Positions 16,094-26,101 are shown, counted from the first letter of the stretch. The stretch: DNA of 29,482 nucleotides from Candidatus Hodarchaeota archaeon (GCA_048886645.1 JBHLKN010000001.1:30732-60213); one strand, 5' to 3'. Numbers and translations: made by a program. The notes: a model not told the origin generated them from the letters alone.

Positions 16094-17017
16094 TTATCTT
16101 CTTTCTCTCACAAGAAGATATATTGCAACTAACAAAATTACTGCAGTACCTAAAATGAGTAAATCTATATATTCTGGTATTGAATTAAATTCAAACATAA
16201 ATATTATTGTTATTAAAAACATTAATCCTAGAACTAATAAAGAGGAACCAAAGCAATAATCCCACCATATTTTAACTCTCATAGGTGCTCGTGCATCAAA
16301 AGTTCGCGGAGCTCTACGTGTAGCAATATGAACATCTAATTCCCCAAGAGCCCATATTACGCTTTCTCGAACATTAACATTATCATCATTCAAAGCTTTT
16401 TTTAGAGGTTCAACAGCCCTCTTATCCCAGATTCTGCCAAGAGCCGCCGCAGCATACCTCCGAACACCTCCATCACTATCCCCCAAAACCTCAACAAGAG
16501 ACTCAACAGCCCTAGAATCGCCTATTTTCCCCAAAGCCCACGCCGCATACCTTCTAATATCAGTATCTTCATCCTTCAAAGCTTGAATAAGGTGTTCAAT
16601 AACAACGGTATCCTTCATGTTTCCAAGGGCTTCTATGGCATATCTTCGAACTTCGATATCTTCATCTAATAACGCTTTAATTAAAGGATTTACGCTTCTT
16701 GAATTACCTATTTGGCCGAGAATCCATGCTACCCTCCTACGAACATCAGCATCTTCATGATTCAGAACTTTTAAGAGGTGTTCAACAGCTGGCTGGCCCA
16801 TCTCAGCAAGTGTTTTCGCTGCTTCCTCTCGAATAATCCAATCTTCACCAGTTAAAGCTTCTATAAGAGCTTTTCTAGCTTGTTCCCCCTTTTTTACAAG
16901 AATCCAAGTCGCCCTCCACCGAACACTGTTATCTTCATCTTTTAAATCTAAAATTAGACGTTCTATTTCCTCAATTACCCCTTTTTTCCTTTCTGAAGGT
17001 TTTTCGGGTGTCTCCAT
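16094..17017 (-). CDS. PBS-lyase-type HEAT-repeat protein with a C-terminal double-TM anchor
   Basis: 307 aa. About 31-aa units of the form D..VR..A..ALG.IGD.RAVEPLI.AL.D. C-terminus is FGSSLLVLGLMFLITIIFMF ... LILGTAVILLVAIYLLV. Confidence 0.88.
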   Translation of the reverse strand: METPEKPSERKKGVIEEIERLILDLKDEDNSVRWRATWILVKKGEQARKALIEALTGEDWIIREEAAKTLAEMGQPAVEHLLKVLNHEDADVRRRVAWILGQIGNSRSVNPLIKALLDEDIEVRRYAIEALGNMKDTVVIEHLIQALKDEDTDIRRYAAWALGKIGDSRAVESLVEVLGDSDGGVRRYAAAALGRIWDKRAVEPLKKALNDDNVNVRESVIWALGELDVHIATRRAPRTFDARAPMRVKIWWDYCFGSSLLVLGLMFLITIIFMFEFNSIPEYIDLLILGTAVILLVAIYLLVRERR

Positions 17018-17096
17018 TTCCTGCTCCCTCTTGGCGATGGATTACCCTTGTAGTTGATCTGTTATCATATCTGTTAAGAAAATTTTCATACCGTTT

Positions 17097-17513
17097 TCAG
17101 CTTTTTTTGGTTTTGATCTCCTCTAAAGCTTTTTTCGCCGCCTTTCGAACATCACTATCTTTGTCTTTTAGAGCTTTTTGGAGAGGTTCTATTGCTGGTT
17201 TTCCTATCTGGCTGAGAATCGATGCAATTCTTCTTTGAAGTTCTTTATCTTTATCTTTTAGAGCATTGATAAGAGGTTCGAGTGTTGGTTTTCCTGTCTG
17301 AACAAGAGACTTTGATGCTTTCTCTCGAACTTTTAAATCTTCACTCTTTAAAGCTTCTATTAGGAGTTTAATAGCTGATTCATCTATTTTTCCACAGTCC
17401 CATTCTGCCCTCCACAGAATATCTTCATCTTCTAAATCATTAATTAAGTGTTCGATTTCTTCATAATACTCTTTGTCAATTTTTGAGAGTTTCTTGGGGG
17501 ATCCCATTTTCAT
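17097..17513 (-). CDS. Short PBS-lyase-type HEAT-repeat protein
   Basis: 138 aa, about 4 repeat units. Shares the ...ALEEIKTKKS C-terminus with its paralogs. Confidence 0.8.
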   Translation of the reverse strand: MKMGSPKKLSKIDKEYYEEIEHLINDLEDEDILWRAEWDCGKIDESAIKLLIEALKSEDLKVREKASKSLVQTGKPTLEPLINALKDKDKELQRRIASILSQIGKPAIEPLQKALKDKDSDVRKAAKKALEEIKTKKS

Positions 17514-17582
17514 GCTCTCTCTTAGCTTTGGATATCTGCAATTCGATACATTGTTATCTTTTTAAGTTTTTTCGTAGCATTT

Positions 17583-19670
17583 TCAGCTTTTCTTGGCTTT
17601 GATCTTCTCTAAAGCTTGTTTCACTGTTAGCCTAAAATAGTTATCTTCATCCTTCAAAGCTATTATGAGAGGTCTTATTGCAGGTTCTCCAAGCTTAACA
17701 AGAGCTTCTATAGCTTCCGCTCTAACAGAGGGATGTTTATCTTTTAGTGCTTGAATTAGGGGATCTATAGCTCTTACATCTCCGATCTTGCTAAGGGCCC
17801 ATGCTGCATTTATTCTAACTTCTTTATCGTCGTCTTTCAGGGCTTTTATGAGGGGTTCAACAGTCCTCATATCCCCTATCTTACCAAGGGCTAATGTTGC
17901 TGTCCATCTGACATCACTGTATTTATCTTTTAAAGCATTGATGAGTGGTTTTAAAGCCCTTAAATCGCCTATTTCACCAAGAACTGATGCAGCAGTCCAT
18001 CTAACATGCATATCTTTATCATTTAATGCTTTTATGAGGGGGTCAATAGCCCTTTTATCACCTATCTCACCAAGGGCTCCTGCTGCATTTCTTCGAACTG
18101 CATCATATTCATCTTTTAGAGCTTGAATAAGAGGTTCAACAGCTCTCACATCCCCTATCTCACCGAGGGCCCATGCTGCTCGCCGTCTAACAGCTCTATG
18201 TTCATCATTTAGGGCTTTTATGAGAGGATCTACCGCTGATTCTCCTATATTTACAAGAGCTTTTGATGCTCCTCTCTTAACATCTTTATCCTCATCTTTA
18301 ATAGCCTCCAATAGGTGTTCAAGCAACGCTGTTCCTGTCTTTCCAAGAGCTTCTATTGCTTTTCTTCGAACAGCGTCATCTTTTTTCTTTAAAGCTTGAA
18401 TAACAGGATTTACAGCCTTTACACCCTCTACATTTTCAGGGGCATTTACTGCTCTTGTTTCAACACGTTGATCTTTTTCTTTCAGAGTTTGTGTATGAGG
18501 TTTTACAACTCCTAGATACCCTAAACTGCCAAGAGCAGATTCAACCACCACTCTAACAGTAGGCTCTTCATCATTTAAAGCTTCCATGAGGGGGCCAATA
18601 GCCCTTTCATCCCCTATCTTACCAAGAGCTATTGCTACAATTTCTCGAACACCGCTATCTTCATCATTTAAAGCTTCCATGAGGGATTCAACAGCCCGCG
18701 AACCCCCTATTCTTCCAAGAGCTCCTGCTGCTTGTTTTCGACTATCACTATCATAATCGTGCAAAATTTGAATAAGGGGATCAACAGCCCTCATATCACC
18801 TATTCTACCAAGATTCCATATTGCTGTCAAACGAACAATCCTATTTTCATCTTTCAGAGCTTGGATGAGAGATTCAAGTTCGCGTTCTGGTATCTTTTCA
18901 GGGGCTTTTACTTCTCTTGTTTCAACACTTTTATCTTGATCTTCTAGAGTTTGTACGACGGATTTTATGACCTTTTTATCTCCTATTTTATCGAGAACTG
19001 ATTCTGCTGCCAGTTGAACATCTTGGTTTACGTCTTCTAAGCAGCGAGTAATAGGTTCAACTGCTCGTGTATCACCTATTTTTCCAAGAGCTTCTACAGC
19101 ATATTTTCGCACAACAGGAGTTTCATCCTTTAGGATCTCGATGAGGGGTTCAACAGCTTGCTTATCACCTATTTTTCCGAGTGCCCATGCTGCATATCGT
19201 TTCATATTCGTATCCGGATCTTTCAAAGCTTGGGAGAGTGATTTTAAAATTTTAGGATCTTTTAAATTGCCAAGGGCTGCTACGGCATGTCTTCGAACAC
19301 GGCTATCCTCATCCTTTAAAGCCTTGATAAATGGATCTACTGCCCTCATGTCCCCTATTTCTCCAAGAATACATATTGCCCTCCATCTAACGTCCGCATC
19401 TTTATGGTTCAGAAGCTGTAGTAAGGGTTTAACTGCTGGGTTTCTTATCCTTACAAGGGCTTTTGCTGCTCCCTCTCGAATACTTAAATCTTTACCCTTC
19501 AAGGCTTTTATAAGGGCTTTAACAGTATTTATATTCCTTAACTTTCCGAGGGTCCATATTGCCCTCCATCTGACATCAATATCTTCATCTCTTAAATCTT
19601 GGATCAGTTGTTCTATTTCCTCCTCAGAGACATCGTTTTTCGTTTTAATCGTTTTATCGGTTATTACCAT
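17583..19670 (-). CDS. PBS-lyase-type HEAT-repeat protein (about 22 units in three blocks)
   Basis: 695 aa. The blocks are separated by a repeated linker: [19 protein letters not shown] and [19 protein letters not shown]. Confidence 0.9.
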   Translation of the reverse strand: MVITDKTIKTKNDVSEEEIEQLIQDLRDEDIDVRWRAIWTLGKLRNINTVKALIKALKGKDLSIREGAAKALVRIRNPAVKPLLQLLNHKDADVRWRAICILGEIGDMRAVDPFIKALKDEDSRVRRHAVAALGNLKDPKILKSLSQALKDPDTNMKRYAAWALGKIGDKQAVEPLIEILKDETPVVRKYAVEALGKIGDTRAVEPITRCLEDVNQDVQLAAESVLDKIGDKKVIKSVVQTLEDQDKSVETREVKAPEKIPERELESLIQALKDENRIVRLTAIWNLGRIGDMRAVDPLIQILHDYDSDSRKQAAGALGRIGGSRAVESLMEALNDEDSGVREIVAIALGKIGDERAIGPLMEALNDEEPTVRVVVESALGSLGYLGVVKPHTQTLKEKDQRVETRAVNAPENVEGVKAVNPVIQALKKKDDAVRRKAIEALGKTGTALLEHLLEAIKDEDKDVKRGASKALVNIGESAVDPLIKALNDEHRAVRRRAAWALGEIGDVRAVEPLIQALKDEYDAVRRNAAGALGEIGDKRAIDPLIKALNDKDMHVRWTAASVLGEIGDLRALKPLINALKDKYSDVRWTATLALGKIGDMRTVEPLIKALKDDDKEVRINAAWALSKIGDVRAIDPLIQALKDKHPSVRAEAIEALVKLGEPAIRPLIIALKDEDNYFRLTVKQALEKIKAKKS

Positions 19671-19748
19671 ATTATTAATCCTTCTTAACGAGTAATTACC
19701 CGCGCATTATAAGTAACCTATATTATTATTAAAATTTTTATATCATTT

Positions 19749-21473
19749 TCAGCTTTCCTTTTGAGCTTTAATTTTCTCTATAGCCTTTTTGGCAGCTTCA
19801 TGGACAGTTTCATTTTTATCATTAAGAAGTTGAAGGAGGGGGTTTATTGCCTTTGAATCGCCTATCCTACCAAGAATTGTAGCTGCATATATTCGAACAT
19901 AATCATCTTCATTTTTCAAAGCCTCTATTAGGGGATCAATAGCTTTCATAGGCTCTATTTTAGCAAGGGCTTCTGCTGCATATTTACTTACAAGATTTTC
20001 TTCCTTCAAAGTATAAATTAGGGGAATAACAGCCCTCGAATCACCAATCTCACCAAGAGCTCTTGCCACCATCCATCGAACATCGATGTTAATGTCATTC
20101 AAAGCATAAATGAGGGGAATAACAGCCCTCGAATCACCAATCTCACCAAGAGCTCTTGCCGCTCTCCATCGAACATCCCAATTTTTGTATAGTAAAAATT
20201 TAATAAGTTTTTCTAACGCTTCTGAATAACCCATTTTACCAAGGGCACATAATATTTCAATTCGAACATGGATATCTTTACGTTCAATTTCAAAAGCGTT
20301 TAATAGAGGCTCGAAAGCCCTCTTATCTCCTATCTCACCAAGAGCCCACGCTACATACTCCCGAACACGCTTACTTCCATCCATCAAAGCCTCAATTAGG
20401 AGCTCAACAGCCCTTGGATCACCTATCTCACCAAGAGATCTTGCGGCATAAGCTCGAACGTTCAAATCTCTATCTTTTAAGGCTTTTATGAGGGGATTTA
20501 TTGCTGGTTCTCCAATCTTACCAAGGGCTTTTACCGCACTCCATTGAACAGACCAATTTTTATCCTTAAAAACCTGAATGAGGGGCTCAACAGCCCTAAA
20601 ATCCCCTATCCTACCAAGCTCCAACGCTGCTCTCCGTCGAACATGCCAATCATCATCCTTCAAAGCCTTAATGAGAGGATCGACTGATGGTTCTCCTATT
20701 CTGCCAAGAGCCTGTGTTGCCCTCATTCTAACCCGCTTATCTTTATCCTTAAGAGTTTTAATGAGGGGGCCTATAGCCCTTGCATCACCTATTCTGCCAA
20801 GGGCTGATTCTACCACTAACCGAACAGCTTGGTCTTCATCTTCTAAAAGCTGGATAAGTGGATCTATAGCTCTTGTATCTTCTATCCTGCCAAGGGCTCC
20901 TGCCGCATACCTTCTAACGCCGGTATCTTCATCTTTAAGTGCCAGAATTAGATGATCTATTGCTCCAATATCGCCTATTTTTCCAAGTGCCCACGCAGCA
21001 TATCTTCTAGTATCAATATCTTCATCCTTCAAAGCTTGGACAAGGGATTCTACGACCCTAGAAACCCCCATATTACCAAGGGCTACAATGGCATATCTTC
21101 GAACTTCGATATCTTCGTCCGTCAAAGCTTTGATCAGAGGTTCTACAGCCTTCGAATCGCCTATTCCACCTAGAATCCACGCTGCTCTTCTTCGAACATC
21201 CGCATCTTCATGTTTAAGAATTATTAGGAGGGTGTCAACAGCTAGTTCCCCCATTTTAACAAGAGTTTTTGCAGCACCCTCCCGAACAACCCAATCATCC
21301 CCCACCAAAGCCTCTATAAGAGCTTCAACAACCGTTACATCCTTCATATTACCAAGTATCCATGCAGCCCTCCATCGAACATCAATATCTTCATCTTTTA
21401 AATCTTGAATTAGACGTTCTATTTCCTCAGAGACTTCTTTTTCTTTTTTAATTGGTTTATCGGTTATTTCCAT
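19749..21473 (-). CDS. PBS-lyase-type HEAT-repeat protein (about 18 units)
   Basis: 574 aa. The N-terminal ~130 aa are closely similar to the 307-aa and 695-aa paralogs ([26 protein letters not shown]...). Confidence 0.9.
   Translation of the reverse strand: MEITDKPIKKEKEVSEEIERLIQDLKDEDIDVRWRAAWILGNMKDVTVVEALIEALVGDDWVVREGAAKTLVKMGELAVDTLLIILKHEDADVRRRAAWILGGIGDSKAVEPLIKALTDEDIEVRRYAIVALGNMGVSRVVESLVQALKDEDIDTRRYAAWALGKIGDIGAIDHLILALKDEDTGVRRYAAGALGRIEDTRAIDPLIQLLEDEDQAVRLVVESALGRIGDARAIGPLIKTLKDKDKRVRMRATQALGRIGEPSVDPLIKALKDDDWHVRRRAALELGRIGDFRAVEPLIQVFKDKNWSVQWSAVKALGKIGEPAINPLIKALKDRDLNVRAYAARSLGEIGDPRAVELLIEALMDGSKRVREYVAWALGEIGDKRAFEPLLNAFEIERKDIHVRIEILCALGKMGYSEALEKLIKFLLYKNWDVRWRAARALGEIGDSRAVIPLIYALNDINIDVRWMVARALGEIGDSRAVIPLIYTLKEENLVSKYAAEALAKIEPMKAIDPLIEALKNEDDYVRIYAATILGRIGDSKAINPLLQLLNDKNETVHEAAKKAIEKIKAQKES
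20020..20160 (-). repeat. Intragenic tandem repeat: 48-bp exact copies spaced 93 bp (one HEAT unit) apart
   Basis: AGGGGAATAACAGCCCTCGAATCACCAATCTCACCAAGAGCTCTTGCC occurs at 20020-20067 and again at 20113-20160. Both copies encode ARALGEIGDSRAVIPLIY. Confidence 0.9.
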
Positions 21474-21569
21474 ATTCCTGCTCCCTCTTGGTAACTGATT
21501 GCCTGACTGTTAGTTTAATATCATATTTTTTAATAAAGTTTTCATAAGGCGGAGGTTTTGCCCAGTAAT

Positions 21570-22577
21570 CTATCTTTTTTGCCTTTCATGGAGTTTTCTC
21601 ATATAGAATTTTTTCCCTTCATATTCTATCTTTATGAGTTGTTCTTGGTCGATTAAATTTTGAATAGTAGACCAATCAGCCTTTGCCTCTGCTAAAAACT
21701 TCTTCACAGCTTCTTCTCTCATGGGATGGACCGCTGTGATGCTCAATAGATCTTCTTCAACGTTTCCGGTAAAAGTAAAGGCATTGCCTTCGTAGCCTAT
21801 GAGATACTCTACGTTGTCAATTTTTTCCCTAAAGATTTGGTAGGCTCTATTGATAACTTCCTCACTGGGAGGTTGCACCCAATTTTCTGCGGGCGGCCTT
21901 GTGGCGATGGATAAGTAAGCCTTAGCGGGTTTCAACTTTGTCAAAAAGTCTGCAACTTCCTTAACATGCTCCTCGCGATCATTAGCGTTTTTTAGAAGCA
22001 TTGTTTCTGTTACTAACTCTCCTTTGTAAGTCTTGGAAAACTCTAGCATACCGTCTAAAATTGTTTCGAATTCCAAATTTTGATGGGGTCGGTTGATCTT
22101 ACGCCAGAACCTTTCTCGTGTTGAATCAACTTTCAAAGAGACCAAATCTGCTTTCATAAGGTCTTCTCTAACATCAGCGCGCCAGAGGAGAGAACCGTTG
22201 GTGATCACCGCAATCTTTATCCCCAAGGGTTTCAAAAGATCTATCTCAAAGCCGAGATTAGCATCTAGTGTGGGCTCGCCATCGGGAACGAAGGTGAGGT
22301 AATCGATGGATTCGCCAACTTCTCTTGTTTTTTCTACCTTTTCCTTCACCACCTTCAAGATTTCCTTAGGCGCATAAAATATAAGGCGCTGAACCTGTTT
22401 CTTTATTGTACGTCCTAACTGGCAATAAACACAGCCATAACTGCAAATCTTGGAGGGGATATTGTTGATCCCTAAGCTACGCCCCAAACGTCTGGATGGG
22501 ACGGGTCCGAAGGCTATCATGATTTGGAACTCCATGGAAGGATTGGTTTCTAAAACATTTTTGATTTGTGTCACCAT
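21570..22577 (-). CDS. Radical SAM domain protein
   Basis: 335 aa. Contains FGPVPSRRLGRSLGINNIPSKICSYGCVYCQLG, with the CxxxCxxC cluster motif near the N-terminus. Confidence 0.85.
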   Translation of the reverse strand: MVTQIKNVLETNPSMEFQIMIAFGPVPSRRLGRSLGINNIPSKICSYGCVYCQLGRTIKKQVQRLIFYAPKEILKVVKEKVEKTREVGESIDYLTFVPDGEPTLDANLGFEIDLLKPLGIKIAVITNGSLLWRADVREDLMKADLVSLKVDSTRERFWRKINRPHQNLEFETILDGMLEFSKTYKGELVTETMLLKNANDREEHVKEVADFLTKLKPAKAYLSIATRPPAENWVQPPSEEVINRAYQIFREKIDNVEYLIGYEGNAFTFTGNVEEDLLSITAVHPMREEAVKKFLAEAKADWSTIQNLIDQEQLIKIEYEGKKFYMRKLHERQKR

Positions 22578-22668
22578 CCCCTTATACCCTTTTATTTCGA
22601 CTGTTATTTTATTGATATGGAGATGTTTTAAATTTTTAAGGATTGTTTGGAGGGGTGTTTTTTTGTTT

Positions 22669-23226
22669 TTATTTTTTGTTTGTTTGGAAGTATTTTTTTA
22701 CTTTTATTTTTTCCATAAGTTTTTCGTATGTGTCTTTTAGTCCTTCGACGATGACTCTTGTACCTGAGAAGATATCGAAGAAGTTGGCTTCTCGTTTATA
22801 GCGGGGTACTATTTGGATGTGGAGGTGTTTGATGCTTCCGCCTCCTGCGTATCCTTGGTTTATTCCTACGTTAAACCCATCGGGGTTGTAGGTGTCTTTG
22901 AGGAGGATGAGGGTTTGTTGGACGACTTTGTTTAGGTGTAGGAGGAGGTCGTCGTCTAGGTCTTCATAGTTTTCGTAGTGTTTTAAGGGCACTACCATTA
23001 GATGCCCGGGGTTGTAGGGGTATATGTTTAGAACTACCATTGCTTTATTGTCCCTGAAGAGTTCCCAGCTTGGGACTTCGAGGTTTTTTTTCACTATTTC
23101 GCATAGGGTGCAGTTGAATTTTCTTTTTTGGTGGTGTTTTCTTATGTATCTGATTTTTTCGGGGCACCATAAATAGTCGCGAAAAACTTTGCCTTCTTCT
23201 ATCTCTGAATCATTATTTTCTACCAA
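22669..23226 (-). CDS. HIT-superfamily protein with an HxHxQ motif (GalT / Ap4A-phosphorylase-like branch)
   Basis: 185 aa. Contains NIYPYNPGHLMVVP and GGGSIKHLHIQIVPR. N-terminal Cys/His cluster is CPEKIRYIRKHHQKRKFNCTLCE. Confidence 0.8.
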   Translation of the reverse strand: MVENNDSEIEEGKVFRDYLWCPEKIRYIRKHHQKRKFNCTLCEIVKKNLEVPSWELFRDNKAMVVLNIYPYNPGHLMVVPLKHYENYEDLDDDLLLHLNKVVQQTLILLKDTYNPDGFNVGINQGYAGGGSIKHLHIQIVPRYKREANFFDIFSGTRVIVEGLKDTYEKLMEKIKVKKYFQTNKK

Positions 23227-23319
23227 CAGGTTTACTTCTCCTTGCTTAAGGGTTTTTTATGTTGGTTTATAGCTATTTTTACTTGTTTTTTTAGTTTTTT
23301 ATGTTTCTTTTTGGGTGTC

Positions 23320-24030
23320 ATGTTACATGGAAAGTATGTGGATAATAGAGGGTTTAATTTTTTCTATTATGGGATGTTTTTTGGGTGTTTTGCTTTGAGC
23401 AGTGATTTAGAGTTACTTTCAGTTGTCAGGTTTTTTGGCAAAGACGGGTTTTATGCGAGGAAGAAGGAAAAAATAGAAGCATTGTTAGAGTTAGAAAAAG
23501 CGAAGTTAGTTAAGAGAAAGAAGGGTTCTAAAAAAACTTTCGTGGTCACGGAAAAAGGTTTGAAATTCCTTCAACAAAATCATGCCTTTACACCGCCAAG
23601 GGTTGAAGCAAAAGTCGACATGAAAAGAATAGAAGAACTATTTTTACAAGTTAAACATCTTATGTTTAAACTTGAGGATATGCTTGTCCAAGTTCAAGGT
23701 TCGAATCACTCAGATGAGGGTTATGGTGGTTTTAATAATCACGATTTTTTGAATGCGAATGAAGAGAAAAAGATTTTCTTTCAAAGCGTTAAGGAAGCAT
23801 ACAGGCGGAGAATCACTGTTTCAAATCCCTTGGTGAAAATATCAGAGATTTGGGAAGAGGTCCATAAAACGTTTCCCATATCTCGGGAGAAGTTTGAGAA
23901 CTATCTTTTAGAGCTTCATGACAAGGGGAGATTAACGCTTCAGACTGCTATAAGCTCTTTAAAAACGCGGGGAGGAATCAGAGTCCCACACGGGGTATAC
24001 AACTACGTTATTTTAGAAGAAGGGACATGA
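23320..24030 (+). CDS. Hypothetical protein with putative winged-helix-like segments; overlaps/couples to the downstream ATPase gene
   Basis: The track ORF starts at TTG 23242, but its first about 26 codons come from a T/G-rich spacer, so the start is placed at the first ATG (23320) and remains uncertain. KLVKRKKGSKKTFVVTEKGLKFL and ISREKFENYLLELHDKGRLTLQ look wHTH-like. Stop TGA at 24028-30 lies 1 nt before the next ATG. Confidence 0.45.
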   Translation: MLHGKYVDNRGFNFFYYGMFFGCFALSSDLELLSVVRFFGKDGFYARKKEKIEALLELEKAKLVKRKKGSKKTFVVTEKGLKFLQQNHAFTPPRVEAKVDMKRIEELFLQVKHLMFKLEDMLVQVQGSNHSDEGYGGFNNHDFLNANEEKKIFFQSVKEAYRRRITVSNPLVKISEIWEEVHKTFPISREKFENYLLELHDKGRLTLQTAISSLKTRGGIRVPHGVYNYVILEEGT

Positions 24031-24031
24031 A

Positions 24032-25327
24032 ATGGCAAAAGATAAAGTATCTAAAGATGAGATTTTGATGCAGGAAAATCCTTTCAGGATCTTCGTAGCC
24101 CGTTCAGATATCCCGGATGAAGTAGACATAAGAGAGCCAAGAGCCCATATAGAAGAAGCGATTGTTGAGGTTATTAAAACCGTTTCACGAGACAGGATTC
24201 CATACATTTTGCCCGTTTTAGGGGAGGCAGGTTACGGAAAAACCCACCTATATTGGGCTCTTAAAAAGAGGTACAGGAATCTTAACATTGTTTACATAGC
24301 GCCTCCATTAAAGGCTTACGACAGGCTTATTCAACACATCTATTTTTCAACGGTGAAAAACCTTGGCTATGGGATCTTTGAGAAGATCTCTGAAAATTTA
24401 AAAAAAACTTACGGAGACCTGGATAAAGCACTCTTACACAATCCAGGATATGCATCGGATTTGATTCAAGTTTTAAAAAAGATCGAAAAACCAGAATTAA
24501 GAGATTTAGCGGTAAAATATCTTTGCGGAGCCCCGCTTTCCAAGGATGAGATAGAGGTTTTATGCGCACGCGAACCAGTTTTTCGCGAAGATGTCGCCCT
24601 TCAAGCCTTAAAAATTTTAACCGACAACCTTGAAAAACCTCTAGTGCTATTTTTGGACGAGCTTGAAGCACCATACTTGGAGGGGGGTGAAGAGTCACAG
24701 ATCAGGTATTTAGAAAACGTAAAAAGAATTTACAACGAGTGCAAAAATCTCGTAGTTATTATGGCTTGTCTTACAGATATTTGGTCGAAAATAATCGCGA
24801 TAGCTTCAAGCGCGGCTCAGGGCAGAACAGAGAAACCTAAGATCCTTAGACAGTTCACTGCAAAGGATATAACAGAATTTTGTCACAGGGTGTTATCGAA
24901 CTTTTGGACTGACAAAGGTGTTAGAGATCAGGAAAAGAACTCTTTATATCCTCTAAGCGAAAACGATGTTCTTTCCGCTTACAAGTTTTCTCACGGCAAT
25001 CCAAGGGAAGCTATCCGCTGGATAAAAAACAGAATAGAGGAAAAGAGATTCAAGATGCTGAAAAAAGAAAGACCCATAGAGCCCATTGAAATCCTTGAAG
25101 ATGTTATAAAACTGTTAAAAGCCACGGATAACGACCTTGATATAAAGATGATGATGAAGGGAGAAGAAATACAAGCAACGGTTTCAAAAAACGGTTCTGA
25201 AATCAAATTACGCATAAAGGATGAAAAACTATTTTTAATCAACAAAAATAAGCAAGAAACAGATGTTTCTGAAGAAAATATAGACGCCCTAGCTAACACC
25301 ATAATTGAATACCTTTCAAAAAACTGA
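24032..25327 (+). CDS. P-loop NTPase, Orc/Cdc6-like or archaeal-ATPase (STAND-like) type
   Basis: 431 aa. N-terminal ENPFRIFVARSD. Walker A is VLGEAGYGKTHL and Walker B is LVLFLDELE. A lid-like SHGNPREAIRWI parallels GDARRALDLL of Orc1. Confidence 0.7.
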   Translation: MAKDKVSKDEILMQENPFRIFVARSDIPDEVDIREPRAHIEEAIVEVIKTVSRDRIPYILPVLGEAGYGKTHLYWALKKRYRNLNIVYIAPPLKAYDRLIQHIYFSTVKNLGYGIFEKISENLKKTYGDLDKALLHNPGYASDLIQVLKKIEKPELRDLAVKYLCGAPLSKDEIEVLCAREPVFREDVALQALKILTDNLEKPLVLFLDELEAPYLEGGEESQIRYLENVKRIYNECKNLVVIMACLTDIWSKIIAIASSAAQGRTEKPKILRQFTAKDITEFCHRVLSNFWTDKGVRDQEKNSLYPLSENDVLSAYKFSHGNPREAIRWIKNRIEEKRFKMLKKERPIEPIEILEDVIKLLKATDNDLDIKMMMKGEEIQATVSKNGSEIKLRIKDEKLFLINKNKQETDVSEENIDALANTIIEYLSKN

Positions 25328-26101
25328 TCGAAGAAGCATGCGAAATGCCGCAATGATTAGGATTGCTGCAAATAACATACGGATACGCTCAACTTTCACG
25401 TAACTTAAAGCAAATCTTGAACCTGAAGAAGCGCCAAAAAAAGCTACCAAGGCTAGAGGTAAGGCGAAACCTAGGTTCACGCGACCAAATGATCCATAGA
25501 GGAGTAAAGAGTACGCCGTAGTAATCACTATCATGAAACTGCTGGTACCGACAGAATTCCGCATAGGAACCCCTAAAACAAGGTTCAGTATAGGGACTTT
25601 TATGATACCGCCACCGATCCCTAAAGAAGCTGCAAAAAACCCGGCTAAAAACGAGGATGATAGAGCTAAAAGCAAGCTTTTATTAGAAAAATTTTTAAAG
25701 GAAAAGAATTCGTTTTTCGCGCCATTATAAGCCGTTTTAGGGCCTGTTAAAATTTTTATCGATGTAATAAACAAGACCAAGGAAAATAACAACAATAGCG
25801 TACTTTCTGCAGCGTGTAGGTGAAAATAAAAGCCAAAAGTTGCCCCAATTAAGGTGACGAACTCTAAAAATAACCCTAATTTTACGATGACTTTTCCGTT
25901 TTTAAGATAAGTTATTGTGGCGCCTATACTTGTAGGAAGAATCATGGCTAAACTGAGGGGGACCGCCTCCTTCATACTAAAATCAAAAAGTAGGACTAGG
26001 ATAGGTATGTAAAATACTCCGCCGCCTATGCCCACCATGCTTGCTAGAAAACTCGCAAAAAAAACAAGGATAGCCAACAAAATAAAGGTTAAAAGATCCA
26101 C
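25316..26101 (-). CDS. TauE/SafE (TSUP, DUF81) family anion permease
   Basis: 261 aa, about 8 TM. Contains the duplicated G-rich motifs ASMVGIGGGVFYIPILV and AASLGIGGGIIKVPILN. GTG start. The 3' end overlaps the convergent ATPase gene by 12 nt. Confidence 0.85.
   Translation of the reverse strand: MDLLTFILLAILVFFASFLASMVGIGGGVFYIPILVLLFDFSMKEAVPLSLAMILPTSIGATITYLKNGKVIVKLGLFLEFVTLIGATFGFYFHLHAAESTLLLLFSLVLFITSIKILTGPKTAYNGAKNEFFSFKNFSNKSLLLALSSSFLAGFFAASLGIGGGIIKVPILNLVLGVPMRNSVGTSSFMIVITTAYSLLLYGSFGRVNLGFALPLALVAFFGASSGSRFALSYVKVERIRMLFAAILIIAAFRMLLRSVF

Noticed and set aside
17788-21408. Antisense ORFs inside the HEAT genes (17788..18126, 19141..19695, 20578..20955, 21088..21408), rich in S/A/R/L
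   Set aside because: These are shadow frames of the highly repetitive minus-strand genes. Their periodic composition mirrors the HEAT units and they have no start context.
16094-21473. Regular ~93-bp periodicity that could be mistaken for a CRISPR-like or other non-coding array
   Set aside because: The period equals one 31-aa HEAT unit inside long intact ORFs. There is no alternation of conserved repeats with unique spacers.
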